Origin: Saccostrea cucullata
Lineage: Eukaryota
Reading direction: 5' to 3'
DNA: 64,000 bases
NCBI RefSeq assembly: GCF_032062105.1
Contig: NW_026923836.1
Span: 124,001 to 188,000, forward strand
Both the position numbers and the translations under genes were made by a program. Below, in pieces: positions 52,701 through 64,000 of this stretch; position 1 is the first letter of the stretch; every line of letters starts with the position of its first letter. The notes beneath the pieces are model-generated. The model made no database searches and was not told where the DNA came from. It saw only the letters and a list, made by a program, of their open reading frames with translations.

Positions 52701-53055
52701 AAAAATAATAAATTATTAATTATAAGTTTATCAAAGGAACATAAAACTTACAAATATAAAATGTCTGTGCAACACATAAATTTAGTTTTCATATGCATGT
52801 AAAAGTTACACAAGTCCAAACTATACTTTCAAAGATGACCATTTTCTTGCAGGATGATATATTCCCTTATTAAGGGCTATTAACCTCTGACCTCTGGTGT
52901 TCCCATGGTGATGAGTGTGAGTGACATTGTAGTAAGAGTGACATCACTTCCTGTCTACTTGTAGGATGATTTACAGCATGTTGAAAGACGACACAACCAT
53001 GTTTGGAGTTCCGGCAGAGAAGGCTACATTAACAGATGATCCGTATGAACTTTAG
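49796..53055 (+). CDS. CNIH4: Protein cornichon homolog 4 (ER cargo receptor), complete; long C-terminal isoform
   Basis: Not in the ORF track. Exons 49796-49870, 50788-50856, 51166-51278, 52069-52209, 52965-53055 translate to [131 protein letters not shown] and P(S)GNxGxxDPxEIHNR are CNIH4 signatures. Confidence 0.93.
49871..50787 (+). other. U12-type (minor spliceosome) GT-AG intron, CNIH4 intron 1
   Basis: The 5' splice site is GTATCCTTT at 49871. A branch site CCTTAAC lies at 50772-50778, ~9 nt before the exon at 50788, and there is no polypyrimidine tract. Confidence 0.88.
50247..50345 (+). mobile_element. tRNA-derived repeat/SINE head inside the CNIH4 U12 intron
   Basis: GGCCAGATAGCTCAGTCAGTAGAGCACCTGA (A box/D-arm) and a decayed B box GGGTCCAAATTC; it does not fold to a canonical tRNA. 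Confidence 0.6.
51256..51915 (+). repeat. ~30-34-bp minisatellite (~20 units) derived from the CNIH4 exon 3 / intron 3 junction
   Basis: The unit is TGTACAGCATGGATAATCTATAT|GTAAGTC(TAA/AATT). The first unit overlaps the coding end of exon 3, and units degenerate distally. Confidence 0.93.
52853..52883 (+). CDS. CNIH4: CNIH4 alternative short terminal exon ([10 protein letters not shown])
   Basis: Acceptor attttcttgcag at 52841-52852 is in the same phase as the downstream exon. The peptide is paralogous to MIYSMLK and has the usual cornichon C-terminal length. Confidence 0.7.
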
Positions 53056-55433
53056 TAGGTGTGTAAATTTCAGTGTGAACTGTAGAATTTGTATGAGCTT
53101 TACATGTGTTATTTTTCAAGTGTTAAGTTGCATCGTCTAATACCCACGGATGAACTTGTCTTTTACTCATCAGTCACCATGAATAAAAGAACAAGATCAA
53201 ATGTGGATATAGATGATGGTTAAGTTGGTGCATAATGCTTTTTTTGAAAGGTTTTTTTTATGCTTTTGGTTGCAATAGTCCCTTAGTAATAGGATATTTA
53301 CAAGATTGTAGATGATATTTTCATACTTACTGAGTATTAAAAATATGTCAATTGTGTTTGTTCCTCATCTAACCTTAACACAATGCCTAGACTTTAAAAC
53401 AACAAAAAATATTATCAAAAAATGTTACATTGTAATACATGTACTACCAAGCAAATGATGTGTAGGCTAATAGTTATAGTGTATGTACAATATATTTAAA
53501 TGTATGTTTTATGAAATACATTACTTAACAAATTAAACATGAAATGTGTTTGAACAAATTTTGTAAATGGTACATATTTTGTGTATTGTTTTTCACCTCA
53601 ATACAATTTCTCATTTTAAAATTTTTATGTATAAAGCTACTTGCTGCAAAGAGAGTATTCATAAAACTGAACACGGCATGGAAGTAGACATTATCTATAT
53701 CAGTTTTTATACATGTATTTTTCTTCCTAGAGAAACATGGCAGACAAAGATTTTCTTCCTTTTATATGTCGTGTTCAGCTTTAGTAGCTCAAGACTCCCC
53801 ATTTTTAGGGAGCTCGAAATAAAATATGTTTTTCATTGTCTTCAGTCCTGTTTCAGAGCTTATTATGTACAATATGTTTAATTTCACTAAATTCTAGTAT
53901 TGGGTGGAGTGCCTTGTAGAGCCCCAAAAAAAATTATTTTGAAACAAGTGTTTACCCTAATTTTTATCTTCAGTGTCAAGTAGTATACAGTTATGTCCAT
54001 TTCCAATGTGATATACATGTATCATTTTATAAATCACTTTTCATGCATGAAAGTTTCTTGTGACTTTATTAAGACATACGCATGTACAGACTGTATTTAA
54101 TTGTTTTTTTTCTAATACATGTATATACAAAACAGCATTTTCCTACAAAAACAATTTTAGGAGAGTCAAAAGTATTAACATTATAAAGTAATGCAATAAG
54201 GCAGGAAGATGATATGTTTATGTACCACCGAACATGTTGTCTGTGTTGTCTGTTCTAAAACTCGACCTTTTTTCATGTTTGATGAATAAAAACATTTTTA
54301 AAAGATTTTTTGTTTTTGCATTTCATAAATTTCATATGAAGGTGCAATGCACATTGAGACAATATTTTGTTAAAGTGCATTAGAAAGCAGGGAGATAAAA
54401 TGTTGAATCATTTATAAACTCGGTCAATGATTGCTTTAAAGTTCTGTACAGAATAGAAGCTTATGGGCTTCGATTGTTACCTGAGTATACAGGTAATATT
54501 TTTGTGCTTGGTTGGTGTGACCAGTGAAGTCCCACATGGACCTGAACCTTGTGTGACTTGAATCATGCATTTTGTAGGAAATCTTATATTTGAAACTAAC
54601 ATTTTTCAAGCTGAATGCTACATGTGCTGATAATGGTATTAAGACTTGATCAATAAAGTGTCCTTTCCACTGGTTGGAGTAGATTTAGTCAAGTGCATAT
54701 AATGTTACCTTGCATCAAGTTTGTTTGCTCAAGGGTCATGCAACAAATGTTCAATTTTTTTATTTATAAAATGTTCACAAACTCAGTAATAGTGTTTGCA
54801 AACCGACCTTGTTTTGGTGATGTAATCAAGAAAAACTTATTTAAAGAACTGTTGAATTCATTCATCAATCAAGGATTTTGAGTTCAAATTTTTAAATTCA
54901 GGTAAAAGGTAAAGGACTGCCATCTTGTCCCAAAAATATTATGCATTTTCCTATGGCCTGAAATTAGTGGAAATGTAATCATTGGATGAAGGTAAAACAC
55001 CTCTGATAAAAATTAAACCATGATTGGGTCGATTACTAAATTTTTTCCACAGTCCAAGCATAAAAATGTCAAGGCCCTGAAGGAACATCAGAGTCAAGTA
55101 ACCATGATTTTTTGCTACTCCTAAAATAAGTCAAGAAGCCATGATTTTTTTCTACTCCCCAAATAAAAGGTTCAGTCTTTTAGAATTTTACATCTACAAG
55201 ATACTTCTCTGAACTCTGTGACATCAGCTTTAGTCATAGTAACAACTGATCAGGGTCATACCATATAATATTCTACCCCTAGGGCAATATGGCCTTTAAA
55301 CATGATTGGAATGAATTTCATACTTCACATGAAGTGTGTAATTTTCCAGTTTCACAATTCAAGGAAAGGGAATTTAAAGCACTTTTATTTTTGTCAAAAA
55401 AAGCATCTAGATACATCCCTAACTGCTTAAATG

Positions 55434-56144
55434 AATCAAAGGCCTGAAGGGCCTGCAAGTTGACTCGCTCGAGTCAATTGAGCTTTTTCACATCTGGCCA
55501 CCATACCTTAGTATATTCAGTTTATTTTGCATCTTAAGAGATTGAATATTATATGTCTGATCCATGTTCGGTTCATAAATAAAGTGTATATTGCTTTTCC
55601 TTTATATATACAGGTTGGCACTAATGGGCTTCCGTATTATTTTGACTGGATTCTATAATGAATTTCAGCACATTAGCTGAAGTGGTCAGTGTTATGGAAT
55701 AATTGGGTTAAAGATTCCCACAGCAAATCTTGATTCTAAAAATAGATTTTCAACAACAACTAGCTGCAGCTAATGAGAGCAGCAGGTGTTTGTGTTAGGG
55801 AGTATTCTAGGTCAATTATAAATAAACTTCAGATGGAAAGATTAGATATGCCTAACATGCTTGAACATATATTCATACGCAGTAATTGTACATCATACAG
55901 ATATTTAATCAAAAATTTCTTTGAAGGCATAAATAATGTTACAGTAGGAAATTTTACACAGTTTTTACCTTTTATAAATTTTATTATTTTATACAAGTTT
56001 ATACAATCACTCAAATCAAAGCATTTTTTGCTAGAACTATATTTGGCGTATGGATCACCTTGATGAATGCGTGATAAATTTTACAGCTCTGAAACGGCTA
56101 TGTCAAGACAGGGAGTAGCTCGCTACGCGAGCCAACTCAAAAAA
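55434..56144 (-). mobile_element. Probable non-autonomous Helentron-type element without an obvious satellite core
   Basis: The left end has hairpin AGGCCTGAAGGGCCT and subterminal AGTTGACTCGC. The right end has hairpin GAGTAGCTCGC-TAC-GCGAGCCAACTC plus an A-run and contains the inverse of the subterminal repeat. The end architecture matches the other elements. Confidence 0.55.
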
Positions 56145-59100
56145 TATATGACATAAAAGAAAGACAGAAATATTCAATATGATATTTATTGTACAAAAAA
56201 AAGTGATTTGTAATATACTCATTATGATCTGTTACATTGTAATTTACCTTCAAAGCAGAACAGACTCTAGATTAAGATTTTATAAAACACACTTTAACAC
56301 TCTGCATCTCTTTGGTCAAACCATGACAGAACATTTGTTTCAATTACACAGTAAATAATATTCTCATTGCATTATGATACTTCAAAGGAGGGGTGGGGTT
56401 CATTTACAACACAGTGATCAATTATAAACACTCGATAAATGTATCCTCATGTACACTCCCTTTTTCTATGCTACTAGCAAAAAAATGCTTTGGGTTTTCA
56501 AATGGTATATTCAGGAGGATTCTTTTTCAAACAAAACAGGCCGATTATTACCATGCAATTCATTTCAAAAATAAAAACACAAATACATGTACATGGCATG
56601 TTTAGCATGCATCCATAGAGTTTCCTATCTTATTTTGTGGTACATAGTGAAAGCACATAAAAATTATGGACATTGTGTGCTATAATTGGGTTATGAATAA
56701 CATGTACCATACATGAACTTGAATTTTAGAAGCTGTATTACACCTTAACACCTTCATAAAAACATAATACAAGTGAATTCCTAACTCTAATGGAATATTA
56801 GCAAAACAAAACTAACTACATGTGTGGTTATTATGTGGCAGTTTTGACTGTCTTGGAGGTCAACTATGTTTTTGACTATATCAACTTTCGTAAATGATCA
56901 TACTACATTAATTAATTAAAAAAAGTGTTAAACATGATATGATTTAATTGCAAGTACTGATAAATAATTTAAGTGGGTAAAAAATTGTTGTGGCCAGACC
57001 AAAATGATAAACTAAGAAAGAACATTAACACCAATGATTCATTACCTAATTCATAGTCAAAGATCAGAAACAGATATTTTGGTAGTACTGTACATGTGTA
57101 ATAAAAGAAAATACAATCCTAAATTATCTCAACAAAAAAAACCCAAAGACAGTGTTCATTACAAATTTCACCCCCTTAGAAACTGATGTTTAAAATACAG
57201 GGTTACACTCAAAAAGAACTTAATAATGGTTTCTTTTGATAAAAATTAATAAAAGCACTAAATAAAGAGGTTTAAATTCTATGTTGGTACATGTATTCAA
57301 GCACTCTGCAGTGTATGAAGAGAAAATAGTTTCATTCTTTTTTGCGCTGTCTATTCACAATAATTTTGCTCATTTCATTATGTTGATACAGGTATTTCAT
57401 ATATTCTGTACGATACCTAAATATTATATTAATATACAGAAACATGATCCTCCCAAGAAAAGAATTGACACACAGAGTTCATAGATTTGGAAATCTTGGA
57501 TCCCCCAACTTTTACCCATCACACAAGATCTATAATGGACATACTGCTAATCTACTTAAATATCATAACATGCAAAATTGAAAATAAGACATGAATACCT
57601 CATATATACTTAACATCAACTTCACCAAAACTCCATAAATACACTTACAAAAATAATTAGAGCAAATGAAACATAATCAAAAGCTACAAAAACCTATAAT
57701 CTTGATACATGGAATGATTATAAATTAAAAAGACATTCACACATTAAGATGTGTATGATTTTTTTTTTTTCATACAAACAATTCAACTGAACACTAATTA
57801 CACAAACTATTAAAAATATTCAAACTCAGAAATCAGACTTATTTTCAAACAAAGGAACAAAATGAAAAGTGATGAAAAAAAGCTCAAACTTGAAATTCTG
57901 TTTTGTATGTAAATACAGATCAAATTACAAAGTACAATGTAAAAAATGAAGTTCAAATGAAATTTATTCTAGAAATCACCTGGTAACTAAAAGCTTGCCT
58001 AACTTATGTATTGCATCCACATTATGAGACATTTTAATGAAAACAAGTGGACTTACAGGAAACCCCTATCTCCAAATCTACCAATTGGCAATTTAACTAT
58101 TGTTGAAGAAATGGACGTCATTTTATACACAATGTAAAATACCCCCCCCCCCCCCCCCCCCACCCACCATCCACCCTTCGCCTGTACAGGGTGACAAACC
58201 TTTAGAGATGTACCTCTTACTAGCTTGCCCCAACCACTCCCACCCACACCCAAAAATAGACTAGTTTCAAAACAGATAGCTCAAAATATTTCATGCTTTT
58301 AGAGTATTAATGCACTTTCTTCCATAGTTCAAGACATATTCCAATGCAGTTTTGTAAAGAGACACTCAACTGTTTTTTTTTTTCCCTTCCATGAAAGTAG
58401 AAATAAATCTTAAACTGTTGCATTTAAAAATCTTACCTCCTGCAAATAAACCTCTTAATCAAGAGTAGTCAATGGCAAATATAATCTAATCTTCCAATGA
58501 TCCATAGTCAAACTTTTTTAACATGAAAGACACAGCATAAGAAAAATCACAAAAGTCTGTGTGTTTTAGCTCCAAATATCCACACAATAGCACATGATTC
58601 TAAATATAAAATTTCATAAAAATGGTAAAAAGAATTCTTCTATACACAGAACTTTGCAAGACAAGACATACTGGTTTCAGTTACTCTTTTAGTGTATTTA
58701 AGTGTATGGCACTGACACAGCAGTTAAGATGTTTTTAATATTCTGATCTGTTAACTGAGCATACCTAATCATCACACTAATGAAGTAATGGATAGAATTA
58801 CCGGTATGTTGTATAGGTAAAAAATGATGGTGAAAGATGATGGACGTTTAACACTGCAGCAACTTAATATCAAATCAAGCAATCAGAAAAATGATAAAAT
58901 ATTTGTTTTTCTTTTTTTCCCATTCTAAAGATCTGTTTTAGAACTTTTTTGTCTACAGAGATGAAAACAAACTATTCTGAATCACCTGCATAATGAATGC
59001 TGCTAAAAAAAACAAGATTTGCATCTAAGGATTGTAATTAACAAAAACACTACAAAAAAGAAGGAAGTCCATAGATTTCTGGGTGATAGCATAAACATTC

Positions 59101-59973
59101 CGATTAACACTGGAGAAACAAAAAACAAAGAGAGAATTGCTATGTAATCAATGTGTAAGTAGTGGGAAAAACAGTTCATTGTAATTTAATATTTTAATTT
59201 TGACTAGAACAAAATGTCTTCTAACTTTTTATGTGGAGTGCAGATGAGAAATATACGCCAAAAAATGAAACTAGAAAAAGTTAAAAATAATGTTAAAATG
59301 ATATATAAATATGTTCAGTATTGACTGAAATCAATCCACTGTTCATCACAATGTGACGATTTCAAGACTTGAAGAATACTGACAAATATTTACTTCATTG
59401 TTCTAGGAATGAATAAAATGTGTTACCATGGGAACCTTACAGGATCTTTGTTGTTCAGAAATAATGAAGCAGATCTTTCTTTTGGTTATATTAAACAAAA
59501 AAAAAAAATCCTATAAATATTACAGTTTTATCCAACTGTTGAATTATAATTACCTTGACTAATAATTTTCTAGAATTCGTAAGAATGAATGACACTTTTT
59601 TGCAGTTTATGAAAAAAAATCTTTTAGAAAAGAAAAATCTAAAATTTCACTTAACCTATGAATACAATTTTCCATTTGTTTTTTTCTTCTAAAATTAGAA
59701 ATGTACCAACGAAATTATTTTCTTCAGGTTTGCTTGTCTGTTAATCAGAACATCCTGACACACTGTCAGCCCTCTTGAAGCCAACAGGCAAAGTTCCTTT
59801 TCTATGTTACCCAGTCTGTATAAAACTGGATTTCTCTATTCTTTTCTATTCTTTGCTTCCCTGTAATTGATCCTGGACTTGCAAGGTTTCTTTGTCCACA
59901 ACCAAGGTTCCATCAACACATTATGGCAGTGAGATCCTGGAGTAGTATTGGAATCCTTACATATCAGCCACTG

Positions 59974-60999
59974 TTATACAGGGGTACTCCTGCCTGACTC
60001 GCATCCATTGCCTACAGGAAAATCAAAATTACCTTATCACTTACAACAAAAACAAAACACTTCTGTCTGATTTCAAATTATAATGGAATGATGTTCTGGG
60101 GCTGAACAAATACTGCTGCTTGCCACCCAAGGGTAAGTGCTTTTATGGTAGGACAAGGTCTTCACAAATCTATTTGTCAGCCCTTGGTATTCATTTCATA
60201 ACAAGAGGCCCAGGGGCCACAGCGCTCACCTGAGCACATCGGGCTTGAATTTACCCCCCCCCTCCAGGTGTTCATCATTTGAACAAACGAGAATCTACAC
60301 TACCTGAGGATGATTCCATATAAAAATCACTAATCAATTCTTTGAAGTACTTGAAAAGAAGATTTTAAAAGGTTTCCCTATATATCCCTATGTAAAACTT
60401 GGGTCGGCCATTTTGGCCCCATCCTAGCCCCGGGGGGCATCTTTTTAACAAACTTGAATCTGCACTACCTGAGGATGATTCCACATGGGTTTCATCTTTC
60501 CTGGCCCAGTGGTTCTTGAGAAGGATTTTTTAAAGATTTTTCTTATATATTCCTATGTAAAAGTTGGGTCGGCCATTCTGGCCCCACCCTTGCCCCGGGG
60601 ATCATGATTTGAACAAACTTGAATCTACACTACCTGAGGATGATTCCAAATGAGTTTCATCTTTCCCGTCCTAGTGGTTCTTGAGAAGAAGATTTTTAAA
60701 GATTTTTCCTATACATTCCTATGTAAAACTAGGGTTGGCCATTTTGGCCCCACCTTTTCCCGGGGATCATGATTTGAACAAACTTGAATCTACACTACCT
60801 GAGGATGCTTCCACATGAGTTTCATCTTTCCTGGCCTAGTGGTTCTGGAGAAGAAGATTTTTTAAACATTTTTTCCTATATATTCCTATGTAAAAGTTGG
60901 GTCGGCCATTTTGGCCCCACCCTTGCCCCGGGGGTCATGATTTGAACAAATTTGAATCTACACTACCTGAGGATAATGCCACATGAGTTTCATTTTTCC

Positions 61000-61032
<33 letters not shown>

Positions 61033-61563
61033 GAGATTTTTCCTTTATATTCCTATGTAAAAGTTGGGTCGGCCATTTTGGCCCCACCCTTGCCCTGGGG
61101 TCATGATTTGAACAAAATTGAATCTGCACTACCTGAGGATGATTCCACATGAGTTCCATCTTTCCTGGCCCAGTGGTTTTGGAGAAGAAGATTTTTTAAA
61201 CATTTTTTCCTATATATTCCTATGTAAAACTTGGGTCGGCCATTTTGTCCCCAACCTTGCCCCGGGGGTCATGATTTGAACAAACTTGAATCTACACTAC
61301 CTGAGGATGCTTCCACATGAGTTTCATCTTTCCTGGCCCAGTGGTTCTGGAGAAGAAAATTTTTAAATATTTTTCCTATATATTCCTATGTAAAACTTGG
61401 GTCGGCCATTTTGGCCCCACCCTTGCCCAGGGGGTCATGATTTGAAAAAACTTGAATCTACACTACCTGAGGATGCTTTCACATGAGTTTCATTTTTCCT
61501 GACCCAGCGGTTCTGGAGAAGAAGATTTTATTAAAATGCCATTAAATTTTTAACAAATTCATG

Positions 61564-61630
<67 letters not shown>

Positions 61631-61666
61631 AACTTTGTACCAAGTTTGGTTGAAACTATAGTTCTT

Positions 61667-61702
<36 letters not shown>

Positions 61703-61721
61703 AACAACGACAACGACGACA

Positions 61722-61753
<32 letters not shown>

Positions 61754-63687
61754 ATTGAGCCTTCGGCTCAGGTGAGCTAAAAAGTCCAAAGAATTAATTG
61801 CTAAATATATCCAGCTTAATTCAGTAAATGAGTGACTTTATACATGCAAATTGTATTTTTACCATGTTGTATTCCAATGGGAATTAATTATTTTACAAAA
61901 CAGTTCTATTAAAAACCATATATCAAATCAGGTCTGACAGCAAACTTCTTCATAATTTCAAATCATAACTTTTTAAAAGAAATCATTTCTAGCAAGGATG
62001 ATTCAGGATAAATACATACAATGTATATCTACAAGTTTTTACCTAATCGTTCTGCAGGCCCCCATATCCTAACCGTGCCATCATCTGAGGCACTGGCCAA
62101 CATGCCTGGTAGCTTGGGATTCCAGTGAACACAGTTAACGGTCCTAGAATGGCCCTCCAGGACGGCAATTGGCTCCTCTTTTCTTAGATGCCATACATAA
62201 ACTTTGTGATCTGAAAATATTTAAAATGTACATTAACTTATATATTAACTTAAAGTTGATTTCCTTTTACACATCCTCAATTTTAATATACAGTGGACCC
62301 TCATTTATCCGGATGCTTTGGTTCCTAGTCAATTTGTTCGGATATGTGAATCATCCGGATATCTGATTTACCAGTTAAACAAGACAAAATAACTTTTAAA
62401 AAATTTGTTCCGATGAAAAATCGTCGGATACTGAAGCATCCGGATATCTGGTGTCCGGATATCTGAAGGTCCACTGTATATTTTACAGTACTGTATGATA
62501 TGTCACTAGTTCTCCTTAAAAGATGGACATCTATTAAAGACTTCAGAAAACAAATAAACCCATATGTTGGTCCACTTTAACATTTCTTTCTTGTTCTGTT
62601 AATGAATTTTACTTCTTGGAACTGACAAAGTGAAGTTCCACTGTCTATATAAAGGCCATTGGTTTGAATCCTACCTAAAATGCTAATATTCTCAACCTTA
62701 TTTTCATACCAAGTCATGAAGTTAATGAAATATGAACTTTACTGCATTTCATGAACTAGTATCTAATACACAATTCATTTTCTCCAATAAGTTTATTAGT
62801 ACTAACCTTCACTTCCACTGGCAATGAAGTCTTGATTTAGTCCTCCAAAACATGAATGTATTGTGTAAAATCCCTGTGTAACCCCTTGAAATTTCCTTAC
62901 TAAGCACCTATCATGCAAGTCCCATAAATGAATTCCCTGAAATAATGGTGCAGACAATTAAGGGTATTGTAAGATTTTGAAACAAAGGGACACTCTACCC
63001 TTTCAATTTCAGTTATGACCCTAAAAATTGAAACAATTCATAATTTGATCATTAAAAAAGATAGCTTTTAACTGATTGAATATCTCACAGTGCAAGTGAC
63101 TAAACTATATAGTCTACCCTCATGAACATTAAAATTTTTAATCCATATATCTAAATCACACCAAGAGGAAAACTTATTAATAGTTGTGTTGTTGGATCAA
63201 TGCAAGATGCAAGTACATTTGAATAGCTTCAAAAAGTCAAAAACCTTTTCATGTACATACCTGAGTAGCTACATTGAGTAATATTAATCTTCCTGTATCA
63301 TTTAATGTGAAAGACATGACTGGATGATCTTCTTGTATTCTGAAAAAAAAAAATCAAGGAAATTACAACATCCTTCAAAAATCTAAGTAAATATAAACAT
63401 TTCTTAGAGTAAAAGAAAGTTTACTTGTATTATGTTTTGAAAGATATAGTGTCTTTATATTCTTGTGTTATAATGAGAATTGAAGTAAGAGGTAATTCTT
63501 CATATTTGATCATGAATTCAAAACTTCTAACACCGTCTTACACATTGAAGTCTGCAAGTTCGTCAAAGTTATATCCCCTGACGCGATGATGGGTGTCGGC
63601 AGCGAGGACTGTTTTCCCGTCATTCTGGCAGGCTATACATTGTACACGCACACCTTCCCAGGAATCCAACACATTGCCGTCAAGATC
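59974..63687 (-). CDS. WDR26: WD repeat protein 26 (CTLH/GID7), 3' portion; continues beyond window end
   Basis: Not in the ORF track. Exons (minus strand): 63687-63542, 63339-63261, 62936-62807, 62210-62043, probable last exon 60011-59974. Peptides are [79 protein letters not shown], ending [12 protein letters not shown]. The last exon is less certain than the others. Confidence 0.93.
60200..61783 (-). mobile_element. Non-autonomous Helentron/HINE with ~8 tandem 165-168-bp Cg170/HindIII-like satellite units, in the last WDR26 intron
   Basis: It has the same ends as 8060-8723. The GAATCTRCACTACCTGAGGA register is 60456, 60621, 60786, 60954, 61120, 61288, 61454. Confidence 0.85.
62291..62476. 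mobile_element. pogo/Tigger-like MITE
   Basis: TA|CAGTGGACC ... GGTCCACTG|TA, with internal TCCGGATA repeats. Confidence 0.8.
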
Positions 63688-64000
63688 CTGTAACAAACAG
63701 AATTATATGTATGTCAACTTTTGTTGCTCATAAACAACAATTTTTACAAAATTTTTTAAATGAATTTGTTTTTATTCATTTACATGTAATTGTTAAATAG
63801 TATTTTTGGAAATTGTTTTGTTTTTATGCAAGTGAAAGTTGTAATGTTTGAAATCAACATAAAACCAGTTAATGTGAAAATTTTTTAAAAAGTAACTTTC
63901 AAACAGATTACCATATTTGGCCGAGTATAATACGCATTGATGTAAAATACGCACCCCCCATTTTTAAGTCTGAAACTGGGGAAAGTTCGGATGTATTATA

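Noticed and set aside
63910-64000. TA-flanked TIR-like start at the window edge
   Set aside because: It is truncated by the window, so the partner end cannot be seen.

Overview
AT-rich, intron-rich animal genomic DNA, most likely from an oyster-type bivalve, judged by the ~166-bp Cg170/HindIII-like satellite inside Helentron-type elements. I reconstructed five spliced genes by hand from splice sites: the 3' part of DHTKD1 (+, ends 6445), a complete kindlin/FERMT (-, 33114->13843), a complete TTC8/BBS8 (-, 48723->34824), a complete cornichon CNIH4 that the ORF track misses (+, 49796->52883/53055), and the 3' part of WDR26 (-, ends 59974). Introns and intergenic spacers hold several satellite-bearing non-autonomous Helentrons (one nested in another), MITEs of several superfamilies, a foldback element in the TTC8/CNIH4 divergent promoter, and tRNA-derived SINEs. 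Four observations stand out. (1) Two nested Helentrons have internal repeats that form arrays of perfect transcription-factor palindromes: ten full estrogen response elements inside an element carrying repeated RFX X-boxes. (2) CNIH4 has a U12 intron, a minisatellite made of its own exon-3 splice donor, and duplicated alternative last exons. (3) A foldback insertion displaced an X-box-like site away from BBS8. (4) The CNIH4-WDR26 tail-to-tail arrangement matches the human one as I recall it. Gene names rest on recalled protein similarity; no database search was run.
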